From Barthelona sp. PCE (lineage: Eukaryota), in NCBI GenBank assembly GCA_040285745.1, contig JAUFOR010000001.1, positions 620,001-684,000 of the forward strand: a stretch of DNA of 64,000 nt. Reading direction: 5' to 3'. Positions 52,593 through 62,335 of this stretch are shown here, piece by piece. Positions within the stretch are counted from its first letter, which is position 1, and each line of letters opens with the position of its first letter. The notes below the pieces were generated by a model. It searched no databases and was not told where the DNA came from. It saw nothing but the letters and a program-made list of their open reading frames with translations. The position numbers and the translations under genes were made by a program.

Positions 52593-53502
52593 TTACTCAC
52601 GGGGACGACGCTTACCACCACGGTTGTCACGACGACCATCACGCTTGTTGTTATCACGACGAGGACGATCATCCTTGAAAGAGAACATCTTATCAGCAAG
52701 CTCATCATCAACACTCTCATCGGTAGTGGCTCTGACCTTAGTAGATTGAGTGGAAACGGGCTCAAGATCTTCCTTGACCTTTAGCTTGAGACCACCAGAA
52801 ACACGACGGGGAACCTTGGCACCAGAGCCGGAAGCACCCATGAAACTGGAGAATGAGACACCTTGAGGTTGGGGTTCCTCCTCAACATAGTTAGACTGAT
52901 CCTCGAGACCGGGGGTAGTGTTGTTAACATCATCTAAGGGGTTACCAGAGTTGAACTTACCTCTGTTGTCTCTGCGAGTACGGCCCTTAATGGGACGACC
53001 AGTACCGGACTTTCTGTCCTGGCCCTTACGCTTGTTATCACGGTATCTGTTGGCCTTGTGCTTGTTTCTTCTGGCACCTTCGGCTTCGGGGAGGTTGGCT
53101 AAATATAAGTGTTTGACAATGAACATGATAAAAATGTCAATTAAGAATGAAGGTACCACAAAAACAATCATATCAATCAAAAGCATTGTAAAGTATAATA
53201 AAAAGCCTCAGAAGGTATCGTGCTCGCAAGTGCCGATATGAGGCACCAAAAAAATAGCACGAAAATGTAATAGTGTTGAGGGAAAAACTTTTCTATCATC
53301 ACATTCATTTAAAACCGACTGTGCCGACACTTTACGCTGCTAGACAACGCGATGATTGGCTAGGGATCTATCTTTTGACGTAAATCTATCGAGAAACTAT
53401 AAACATACCGTTCATCTCAGGGGCTTCCTTCTTGGTGGTAACGGGAGCGGAAACAACTTCAGGGCGCTGTTCCTTGGTTAAAACTTGGAAAGGGTTGGGC
53501 AT
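52593..53502 (-). CDS. SERBP1/HABP4/Stm1-like ribosome-binding protein, 199 aa, two exons 53502-53409 and 53098-52593
   Basis: Exon 1 is MPNPFQVL... (Stm1-type NPF-xx-L); exon 2 has the DRKSGTGR motif and an R/G-rich tail; joined in frame (94+506 nt). The ORF-track N-terminus is intron sequence. Confidence 0.85.
53099..53408 (-). other. 310-nt phase-1 spliceosomal intron
   Basis: GTATGT...TATATTTAG; splicing restores the frame (G|CC = Ala). Confidence 0.85.
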
Positions 53503-54146
53503 TTCTGTTGTTAAAAGAGAAAGAATAACAAAAGTAGTATTTTGTAGGAAGGTAAGCATATTTGAATGGTATTTGGAATGTATTCCCGCATATTGCCACT
53601 CGTTTCAAGTGCCTATTTAGCTCAATATTCATCACAAAACAACAAATAATTTTTTACATTTGCTTGGTTTAATTCGCTACAGCAATACATATAATAGATC
53701 AAATGCTTGGATTTGAATACATCTATATCAGAAATTAACCTGTTCCTTGTGGGAAGAGTCTAAAGACGAAAAACAGAGATTTGTTGTGTTTTTTCAACTA
53801 AAAATCGAGTAAATCTCAGGATGAAAACACTATCGGCACCTTTCTGAACGTTTTATTTAATGAAAATAGCTGCATTGCCTTTTATAACCAGCTACGCGTT
53901 CAAGTTTCAAATCCTTGTGTTTTGAGACACCAACCATGTTCGAATTGTCAAATAAGGGGCATAGAATCATTTAATCATAATTTTCATTGTTTTTACTCAT
54001 AAACTCATTTAATAAAATATTTCAACTCAACTCATCGCTTACCCATCATTTTTTCCATGATTTGATACTTCATACATACTTAAAAATGCATACATACTAA
54101 TTTTCCAAAAATTCAACCATTGTTCCATCCATTTCATACAAAAATT

Positions 54147-54551
54147 CTACTCAGGAACATTCACTTTGTTCATTGCAAACATTCTATTATGTTGTTGAAG
54201 CATTTCAGTTAAATCGTTGCAAGTGCCTTGCAGTAACTTCTTTCTTTGTTCCAGATTGGAAAACTCTAATGTAAGAAGAATGACCTTCCGCTCAACTTCT
54301 GGGTCGCCACAAATATCTTCTGTCTTATTCTCTTCTTTCCATGACATTGAACCTAATAAATTAGTTAATTTCGTTTGCTCTTGAGATAACTCTGCAATAA
54401 GCGTCTTTAACCGCTTAATTTTATCCGATATATCGTCGCTTTCAGCGTGTGTAACGTTCATGAACCCGTCCATGAATGGTGGAAGATCAGCTTCGGTGTT
54501 TAAAAGAGCGTGCAGTAGTGCCTGTGTATCGTATTCATCCCTGGGCCCCAT
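54147..54551 (-). CDS. Small coiled-coil hypothetical protein, 134 aa
   Basis: ATG ORF with two heptad-rich helices. Confidence 0.7.
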   Translation of the reverse strand: MGPRDEYDTQALLHALLNTEADLPPFMDGFMNVTHAESDDISDKIKRLKTLIAELSQEQTKLTNLLGSMSWKEENKTEDICGDPEVERKVILLTLEFSNLEQRKKLLQGTCNDLTEMLQQHNRMFAMNKVNVPE

Positions 54552-54834
54552 AACAAAAAGGATAATATTATTCTATCCAGAAAAAGGTAAAAAAATAGAA
54601 TACATGAACATTAAGTGTTCCTTGGGGGTCGAAAGGTTGATGGTGTGAGATTCCCAGCTACAAATTTCCAAACATATCGCAATATTAGAGTGCTCAGAAA
54701 TACATGTGAAAGCTTTCATGTACCTTGTGAACTAGATACTTCACAATAAATCCACAAAAATGTTTCTCCATCAACCTTTTGCCCTGAAGAAATCTTGGTG
54801 TTTATACCTATAAGAAAATAAAACAAAGAAAAAT

Positions 54835-55758
54835 TTACTCTCTTCGCAACTTGCTTAGTTGATTTCCTTTTGAAGCTAAAATGCTTTTAAATCGTGAATA
54901 AGGCTTTTTCTCCACTTCCACTTCTTCTTCTTCTTCTTCTTCTTCTTCCTCCTCTCCTTGATTCTGAACTTCTTCTTCTTTTTCCTCAATATCCTTCTTC
55001 TTCATCTTTTTTAAAAACTTTGCCATTTCAACTGTTGATCGCATCCTGTTTCTACTAGAAGCAACCTTAAAAGTATTAATAGTTAAAAGCAACAAAGCAC
55101 CAAAAACTCTGTATAAAAATTCAAACTCCATAGTAATTTCTTTTTTTTTCATTAAAATTGATTTATATGTGAAAATAAGTGTTAAAATGACCCATGTAAA
55201 CCATGTGGAATGAATGAATTCACTTGAATTATGTTGATATTCAAAGCTTTCTTTGGGATCTTTCGAAATATAGATAAATAGTTGATAGAAAAATGATCCT
55301 ATAAAGAAAAACACTCCTCCAAATGTACATGAGATATAAGTGAACACAACTGCATTGATAGGGTTTGAAAAATTCATTGCTTTCTGAGAAAATGAAGTTA
55401 ATGTTGACATACCACTGAAATAGGCACAAAATCTTAAAATTGTACGAAAAATAGGATAAACACGGATAGATGAGTAGTACACCCAGTCTGGAACAATGAA
55501 ATTCAAGAAAACTGCAATAAAAAAGAATGTGAGGCAATAAAAAGCTTGTAATGAAGAAATTGCAGTTCCCAAAATTAGTGATCCAACAGTTGATCCTCCA
55601 TATAGGCTTAAATATAACCATACGAGCCGTCCATATGTTAATTTCTTATCTTTAACCGGCATTCCAGCTCGTAAATTTCCCATTTGACCAATATTGTAGA
55701 GAAAAAGAACTACAACACTATAAAGATCATAATTGAAACCCTCCAATACCTTTAACAT
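54835..55758 (-). CDS. Multi-pass membrane protein, TRIC/TMEM38-like cation channel, with acidic tail
   Basis: About 7 TMs with two GG motifs (SLYGGSTVGSLILG, SCTFGG); SEFIHSTWFT resembles TRIC HEFLRPSFTT; (GAA)n tract at ~54921-54950. Confidence 0.55.
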   Translation of the reverse strand: MLKVLEGFNYDLYSVVVLFLYNIGQMGNLRAGMPVKDKKLTYGRLVWLYLSLYGGSTVGSLILGTAISSLQAFYCLTFFFIAVFLNFIVPDWVYYSSIRVYPIFRTILRFCAYFSGMSTLTSFSQKAMNFSNPINAVVFTYISCTFGGVFFFIGSFFYQLFIYISKDPKESFEYQHNSSEFIHSTWFTWVILTLIFTYKSILMKKKEITMEFEFLYRVFGALLLLTINTFKVASSRNRMRSTVEMAKFLKKMKKKDIEEKEEEVQNQGEEEEEEEEEEEVEVEKKPYSRFKSILASKGNQLSKLRRE

Positions 55759-55925
55759 ATAAAAATTTTATGTAGAAAGAGAAAGAATGCACAAATGATA
55801 ATACAAACATACCATTACTTTACAAATACCATAAAAAAGGTGGTCTGGCATGATTTGATATTACCGACCTCACTTCCTAACAATATACGATTGAACAAAA
55901 CTAATACATATACTGAAATACGAAA

Positions 55926-56261
55926 TTACTCTGATAAAAACGTATCAGAGTCTGTGTTCTCACTCAACGGTTCAACATTTCCTGTCTCTTCCAGAATGTA
56001 ACAGTAGGAAATATGCTTGTGTGATAAGAAAACCTTTTCAGTTAACTCACACTTCATTTTTGAACCTAAAACAAGCTCCTCCATGCTGACATTGGTCAGT
56101 ATGATGTTTAGTTTATCATCAAAGCACTCTAAAGTTCCCTCATAGGTGAAATTATCACCTACCACACAAATTCTCTTTCCAACACAACGTCTCAGAGTGT
56201 CTACTGGTAAGGGTGCATCTGTTTCTTCGTTTTTCGTTTGTGTTAATGAATTAAATGACAT
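55926..56261 (-). CDS. Sm/LSm protein (divergent, LSm5-like)
   Basis: Sm1 motif YEGTLECFDDKLNIILTNV preceded by PLPVDTLRRCVGKRI. Confidence 0.82.
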   Translation of the reverse strand: MSFNSLTQTKNEETDAPLPVDTLRRCVGKRICVVGDNFTYEGTLECFDDKLNIILTNVSMEELVLGSKMKCELTEKVFLSHKHISYCYILEETGNVEPLSENTDSDTFLSE

Positions 56262-56320
56262 TGAAAAGGTATGAAATTTTGGTTACATCATTTAAATCCT
56301 ATTTCCATTTACTTTTTCTA

Positions 56321-57223
56321 ATGTCTGAGTTAAAGTATCACATCTCTCCCAGTATTTTTCTCACATTTTCGAATTATCGGGGAAGGTATTATATGCATAT
56401 TCGAAAATATGTGTTAAAGGCAGGTGAATGGGTTCCAACACGCACTGGAGTGTGTTTTGATAAGGATTCATACCCCCAATTCCTTAATAAGGCTTCAATT
56501 CTTCGAGATATGTGTGCAGGTAGTATTGAATGTCAAGAAATGACATTCACGGTCATTGTTGCATCATTCCAGAAGCAAAATATTACCTTTAAACACATTT
56601 CTAAACCTGGAATAGTTGTTTCTTTTCCAACTACTGAATTTGTCAATGGATATCATTTAATTGAACAGTTTATGAGAGACTTACCTCCAAAAGTGAAGAA
56701 AGAAGTCCAGGAAGCCGCAGAGTGTAAGGAAACTCTTATTGCTGAAACGAACTTAACTAGTTATAATCCAGTTTCAACTATAGCACTGAATCAGTTCCTT
56801 GAAGAGTATACAAACTCAACGAATGATTCATCAAATTGTTTTTTATTACACGGTTTGTGGTATATTTTTCAAGCAGAATTTAGAAACAATGTTTTTATTC
56901 ATATTAGAAAATTTTATGTTAACAAAGAGGGTGAAAAGCGTAAGTCCAAATATGGAATAAGTCTTTCAACATTACAATTAGCACATATAATTGGTGCAGT
57001 TGATGAACTGTTCAGAATTGTTGATGAATATGAGAACGGTGGTATTGATACCATAGCACAGGTCATTAATCTGCAGAATAGTGGCATTTCCATATCTATA
57101 AACATTGTAGATAGCGGTAAACACAAGATTAATATTATGAAAAATGGCAGAATATCCGTCTCAATTGGTATTGATGTTTTGAATGGGTTGATGAATGTTG
57201 CCAGGCAAATTAATAAAGGATAA
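56321..57223 (+). CDS. Protein with two PC4/Sub1 ssDNA-binding domains
   Basis: NYRGRYYMHIRKYV..GEWVPTRTGVCF and EFRNNVFIHIRKFYV..GE.RKSKYGISLS; ATG at 56321. Confidence 0.82.
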   Translation: MSELKYHISPSIFLTFSNYRGRYYMHIRKYVLKAGEWVPTRTGVCFDKDSYPQFLNKASILRDMCAGSIECQEMTFTVIVASFQKQNITFKHISKPGIVVSFPTTEFVNGYHLIEQFMRDLPPKVKKEVQEAAECKETLIAETNLTSYNPVSTIALNQFLEEYTNSTNDSSNCFLLHGLWYIFQAEFRNNVFIHIRKFYVNKEGEKRKSKYGISLSTLQLAHIIGAVDELFRIVDEYENGGIDTIAQVINLQNSGISISINIVDSGKHKINIMKNGRISVSIGIDVLNGLMNVARQINKG

Positions 57224-57230
57224 TGAGTGT

Positions 57231-60200
57231 TTACTCGATTCGACGCACAAAGGGAAATAGTGCCATAGGATTATCTATCTGTTCCTTGTTGTGTCGCTCA
57301 TAATAGGTCTTCAGAGCTTCAAAATGCCCAATAATATCAGCTCTGGATTCATCAGTACATTCACCAAACTCTTCTTTCATCATTGCCTGGTTGGAAAATA
57401 ATTGACCCCAATCAGAAATCCCATTCATTGCATAAATAGCAGCATCAAGTGTTCTGACGTCAAGAATGCCCGCTAATGGATCAGGAAGACCATCTTCAAG
57501 ATGAAGCCCGTTTAAAATTAAATGCTGACGTAACCCCATTGCCTGCCAAAACTTGATGTAGTAAACAGGCAAAACGAACTTGTACATGTACAGCCATTCA
57601 CTGGCCCTCTCAGGAAAAACACTGTTGGTATAAAAAACCATCTCTCGACCTGTATCATCATCTTGATAGATGTGCTTCTCATGAATATGTGGGAAGTCGA
57701 TGAGCAGTTCTTCACCAGGAGAAATATCACGTTCTGTACTGAAAAGAACAAAAAAAGAACCTGTCTGGACATCGTAAAAGTAATCATACCTAACATTTGG
57801 TTCATTAGGCCCCATTCCGAAGTAAAATCCAATAGAATCGCTGAACTGGGTTGTTATCCACCCACCCACTTTAGAGAAGTCGCATACATGCGTGGCATCC
57901 GCTTCAACATAGTCTTCTGGAATAAAAAACGCATAGGCGTTGTTTCCAAGACCAACACGTTCAGGTGCAACAAGCGGGCCAGTTATAGTACCAACAACCG
58001 TGTCTTTGGGGATGGTGTCAACTTCAGACCCATTAAATAGGCCAAGACGCTCCATCCCCTCGTGATAAAGAGCCTGACTTGGAGCATTCAAGAGATACAG
58101 ACTCTCTTCAGCTTCAGGAATCTCTCCTTCAAGAGGTGAGCCGTCAATAATGACAGAATCATAGGTGCGCTTTGGAATGATAAAGTAGTCCCCCTCTATA
58201 CCCTCACAATTGGACTCCACTTTGTTTCTACAGTAACCAGCTCTTTCTTCAAACGAAAATAAACCCTCTTTTGAATTCATCTCTTTGATGCAAGGATAAC
58301 ACAGATATTTCTCGTATACAATGTGATAATCTTTGAAACGAGTGGCATTCATCGAGTGGACCAAACAATCGACGTGGAATCCATATCCGCAACGAGCACA
58401 TCCACGAATATCATTGGGCAGGCATACATGTGACTTACAGTAATGGCAATACCAAGGATCATCATCCCACACGTAGGCAGGCTCTGTACCAACCTCAAAG
58501 TACTCATCGACCGAGATGCTTAGGAGCTCGTCGCCTGGTTGTGAATCTATTTCAGCCGGATCAAGAATTTTTGCTTCGGGGTGATACTTTAAGTATCTTC
58601 TTCGCTGTTTATCCTTCTCAAGGAAACTGTACTCGCCTTCACGGCCCGTGTAAACCTCTCGCAGCTCAGCGACTTCCTCTGCGTCGTTTACCAGTTCAGA
58701 ATAGATATTGTCTGGGCATACATGACCATGACACTCAAGGATATCACTGTCGTTGATTTCAGGAGCACTTGGTGAACTCCATACACCAGTGAAACACAGT
58801 AGAGGATGTAGAAACTCTTCAATTATATCGGTAGTGAATGGTATGCGAACATACTCACCATCCTTCATTTCTCGACCGAATGAAATGGGGACAGATGTAT
58901 GAGCGAATTCTAGGGGATTGATGAGGTAGTTTAGGCCCAGATCCTGACCTACCTTGCAGCAGCTAACCGGTGAGAAGTTTGAAAGTGTCTGCCCATCGAT
59001 CTTCACCGTAAAGAGAGGTGTAGATGGATAAAAAGCTAGCAGTAATGGGGTGTTAGCAATGCAAATTTCGCCAACAGTAAGGCTGTCGAACTCATTGCGA
59101 GAAAACTGATCGGGAAGGTAAGTGAACGCAAACTCAAGAATACCCTTTGTCATGAGCAAATCAAGCGCTCCTCTGTTTCCGCCAGCGCGCATCTCCACGA
59201 TCTTAGCCTTGAGACCATCAGTGGCATTGATAACTTTAGTGATGTCGGTGAGGTTACCAATCGCATCGACATGAATTGCTTGACGATTGACGAAAAAAGC
59301 AGCGTATGCTACCCGTAATATACGACGGTTCAGTACGTAGTTGATGCCCAGAACAGCGATATGTTCGTTGAACACGATTTCTTCAAGCATCTCTTGCATG
59401 ATAACAAAATCATTGACTTTTTTTGCACTATCGTAACCAATTGCATGCTCTGTAATGTTAAAGACCTCTTTAGTGCGTTTGTTGGCCTGTCGGGTAGTCG
59501 TAAAAGACTCACCAGTAGAAAGAATAATGGTGTTCACGTGAACAGGAACAGTTCCAGGAAGCGAAATAGTATCAAGAAATGCCTTAATATCATCTCTATG
59601 TTCAGAAGACATATTACAACGCTTTGTCATAGTTCTGGGTCTACCATTTGCAAAACAAAATATGCAGATATGCCACACTAGTCTGTAATCTTCATAATTC
59701 TCCAGTACCTTCTGAGGATTAACATATCCATCTAACGTATAACACTGCAGTTTGGGAACAGCAACAGGTTTAAATCCCGAATGATGATCCTGCGTGTGAA
59801 TCACATTATCATGATATGCAATATGGCTCTTGTTATTAGCAGCTATTTGGCATTGATATGTAGCACTACATGTACCAATACCACACCGAATCACATTTGT
59901 GAATGGGCGGTCATGGCACATATGCAAAAGCATAGTTAATGTCCTATATGAGCAGTAACTACATGCGTCAACCTTTTTGATAAGATAGAATACTGCATGT
60001 TGTAAATTCATAAAATTTCTGTAGCTAAAGAAGCTAACATCAAGGAACCTATCACCCTTAAATAAGCGAATGATGGTAGCAAACACCCTATGTTTTTTTA
60101 TATTATGATTGCGTAAATGAGCATTGCTGTAAAACCTGGATTTTGGGCATTTTGGACACCTTAATTCGTCATCAAATAATGATTCCAAAAAAGATTTAAC

Positions 60201-60401
60201 TCTATCATTTTTAGGTGATTTCAAGTGTTGATCCAACATGTGCCACCTCACTTTTTTGATACCTCGATCCCTAAAACATGAATTATCACAAAGAGCACAT
60301 ACAAAACAATTAGATGCCGGTTCCATTCTAATATACTCCTCATCATCAACAGCAATGGTTACATCGAAGACATTCGATGCAGTGACACGTATTCTATCCA
60401 T
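57231..60401 (-). CDS. C2H2 zinc finger + PHD + divergent SET domain protein
   Basis: CALC..H..H and CPKC..H..H fingers; PHD CHYC...CARCGYGFHVDC...CYPC; SET LGLF...IPKDTVVGTITG...PNV...RDISPGEELLIDF. Confidence 0.85.
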   Translation of the reverse strand: MDRIRVTASNVFDVTIAVDDEEYIRMEPASNCFVCALCDNSCFRDRGIKKVRWHMLDQHLKSPKNDRVKSFLESLFDDELRCPKCPKSRFYSNAHLRNHNIKKHRVFATIIRLFKGDRFLDVSFFSYRNFMNLQHAVFYLIKKVDACSYCSYRTLTMLLHMCHDRPFTNVIRCGIGTCSATYQCQIAANNKSHIAYHDNVIHTQDHHSGFKPVAVPKLQCYTLDGYVNPQKVLENYEDYRLVWHICIFCFANGRPRTMTKRCNMSSEHRDDIKAFLDTISLPGTVPVHVNTIILSTGESFTTTRQANKRTKEVFNITEHAIGYDSAKKVNDFVIMQEMLEEIVFNEHIAVLGINYVLNRRILRVAYAAFFVNRQAIHVDAIGNLTDITKVINATDGLKAKIVEMRAGGNRGALDLLMTKGILEFAFTYLPDQFSRNEFDSLTVGEICIANTPLLLAFYPSTPLFTVKIDGQTLSNFSPVSCCKVGQDLGLNYLINPLEFAHTSVPISFGREMKDGEYVRIPFTTDIIEEFLHPLLCFTGVWSSPSAPEINDSDILECHGHVCPDNIYSELVNDAEEVAELREVYTGREGEYSFLEKDKQRRRYLKYHPEAKILDPAEIDSQPGDELLSISVDEYFEVGTEPAYVWDDDPWYCHYCKSHVCLPNDIRGCARCGYGFHVDCLVHSMNATRFKDYHIVYEKYLCYPCIKEMNSKEGLFSFEERAGYCRNKVESNCEGIEGDYFIIPKRTYDSVIIDGSPLEGEIPEAEESLYLLNAPSQALYHEGMERLGLFNGSEVDTIPKDTVVGTITGPLVAPERVGLGNNAYAFFIPEDYVEADATHVCDFSKVGGWITTQFSDSIGFYFGMGPNEPNVRYDYFYDVQTGSFFVLFSTERDISPGEELLIDFPHIHEKHIYQDDDTGREMVFYTNSVFPERASEWLYMYKFVLPVYYIKFWQAMGLRQHLILNGLHLEDGLPDPLAGILDVRTLDAAIYAMNGISDWGQLFSNQAMMKEEFGECTDESRADIIGHFEALKTYYERHNKEQIDNPMALFPFVRRIE

Positions 60402-60457
60402 TAGAACCGTGAAATGGGAGAAAAAATGATTTACAGCTTTCAGTAAATATTGTACAA

Positions 60458-61123
60458 TTAAGGCTCCTGTTCATCTTCCAACGATCTGGTTTCTAGTGCT
60501 CTTGTACCTAAATTCCTTCGACCAAACATAAATCTAACTGCTTCTCTATATTTCTTATAAGAATCTCCAAATTCATTCTCTAGAATAACAGCCTCAAGAT
60601 AACTTCTGTATATACTGATGATAAATGACAAAAAATAAACTAATGCTAATAAAGGATTCATTGATACAAAAAAAATTCCAAAAACTGCAAATAATTCAGC
60701 AAATAACATAGGATTACGTGAACGCGCATGTATTCCTGTTGTGATCAATGTCTTAGGATGCCGGAGGAATGTCGAAAATTCATTTTTAAGATTTTGAACA
60801 GCAATATTGCTTACAACACTTGAAAATATCAGGAGTATTATACCCAATGTCATCAAAAGAGAGTTTCCGTCACCTTCTAACAACAGATATTCATGAGCAG
60901 AGTAATCTATAAATGGAAGCAAAATAAATATTCCAATAAAGTACAGCGACATAGTCTTCAGGAAAACGGTGCTGAAGTTCTCAACTAGCGGTCTGTGGTT
61001 CACTAGAAGAGACCTTTCTGAAATAGATAACCATCCCTTTGCATATTTAACAATGTGAACACAAAATAGCGAAGCAAAGTATATGGGGAGTATGACTTTC
61101 GCTCCCCATTCAGTTAGGTGCAT
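60458..61123 (-). CDS. Isoprenylcysteine carboxyl methyltransferase/PEMT-family membrane protein
   Basis: LITTGIHARSRNPM and E..LENEFGDSYKKY motifs; first ATG at 61123. Confidence 0.82.
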   Translation of the reverse strand: MHLTEWGAKVILPIYFASLFCVHIVKYAKGWLSISERSLLVNHRPLVENFSTVFLKTMSLYFIGIFILLPFIDYSAHEYLLLEGDGNSLLMTLGIILLIFSSVVSNIAVQNLKNEFSTFLRHPKTLITTGIHARSRNPMLFAELFAVFGIFFVSMNPLLALVYFLSFIISIYRSYLEAVILENEFGDSYKKYREAVRFMFGRRNLGTRALETRSLEDEQEP

Positions 61124-61321
61124 TTTAAGACCAAAAACCAAAACAAGTGTTAAGAAAAAGGCTTAGAGTGATAAAACAATCTTCTATTTTTAGTATTTTC
61201 TTTAAACAAGATGGAATACATTTTTGTGCCAAATTGTAATTCTTAAAAACTGGTATACAACACAATTTCTAAGAAAAAATTATGCAGTTCTATTTACAAA
61301 ATCATTAAAAACCATGTAGTT

Positions 61322-62278
61322 CTACTGTTTTCTGGTCCATGTAGCAAAGATAAAAGCAACAAATATGAATACAACAGACAGTTTCACATAACTATTAAGA
61401 AAACTCTTTCTAACAATTGAAACATTCTTTTTCTGTTCTTTTCCAAGATATTTTGCAAATCTCTGGGGCTTTGTTCCACTTTTGATTATATGATAAGTTG
61501 AAAACACTTTCATAATTTTTTTTTCATCCATTTCATGTACTTTTTCAAATATTAATTGATAAATGACAAAAGGATCATTTTTTTCATCAATGAAATGATG
61601 TTTCGATTCGATGATCAGAGCTATAACCAAATAAAATAATACATAAGGATTGCTTAAACTCTCAAAAAAAATAAAATCAAAAAAATTATATACTACATCT
61701 AAGTTATTACATTTTTGAATGAACATGCTAATAATTAATGAGGAACTGAACATAAAATTCAATCCATTGTTGATAAAATATTCATACAAATCTTTATCAC
61801 TAACTTGCAGCAATATCAACATTGTTCTGAAGATATCCATCAAAGGTTCCATTGTTTCTTGGCATACAGGCCATAGGCACGTGTTTAGAAGATAAATATA
61901 CATGTCTAAAGCACGATCAATCGACTTGCAATTGTCACATAAAAAAGCTGCAACATAAGTTAAGCCCTGTGTATAATGTAGACCATCATCACCTGTTAAT
62001 GATGAGTGAAGCACATGTAGAGTGTTGTCTCTGAGTTTTTCATCGGAAAGACGTGTTTCATAAGGTAAATCAAAACGTGTGATATCAAGATCGATTTGCT
62101 TAGCATATTCTTGTCTAATTCTCTGCTGTTTGGTATGATCTTTGCTCCCAACGCGATGTGCTATTATATGCCACCAAATCTCACCTTGAAAATGTTGAGG
62201 TGATCGATATATGCATAATTTTTGCTCTGAATGCACTTTTTTCTCAATATTTCTATGTTTCCCCACGTTTTCAGACAT
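61322..62278 (-). CDS. TBC RabGAP with C-terminal TM anchor (TBC1D20-like)
   Basis: QIDLDITR arginine finger, YTQG glutamine finger and a hydrophobic tail; ATG at 62278. Confidence 0.85.
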   Translation of the reverse strand: MSENVGKHRNIEKKVHSEQKLCIYRSPQHFQGEIWWHIIAHRVGSKDHTKQQRIRQEYAKQIDLDITRFDLPYETRLSDEKLRDNTLHVLHSSLTGDDGLHYTQGLTYVAAFLCDNCKSIDRALDMYIYLLNTCLWPVCQETMEPLMDIFRTMLILLQVSDKDLYEYFINNGLNFMFSSSLIISMFIQKCNNLDVVYNFFDFIFFESLSNPYVLFYLVIALIIESKHHFIDEKNDPFVIYQLIFEKVHEMDEKKIMKVFSTYHIIKSGTKPQRFAKYLGKEQKKNVSIVRKSFLNSYVKLSVVFIFVAFIFATWTRKQ

Positions 62279-62335
62279 TCCCAATTAAAGAAAAAATGGG
62301 ATAGACCAAGTAAAGGCAAAGAAAAATATTTACAT

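Noticed and set aside
53099..53408. TPP riboswitch or U4 snRNA identity for the long intron
   Set aside because: Only scattered short matches, in the wrong order and without the core motifs.
7710..62335. Spliced-leader trans-splicing acceptors at upstream pyrimidine tracts
   Set aside because: Many tracts run to the ATG with no AG (e.g. saposin, nicalin, STI1); a promoter role fits better.
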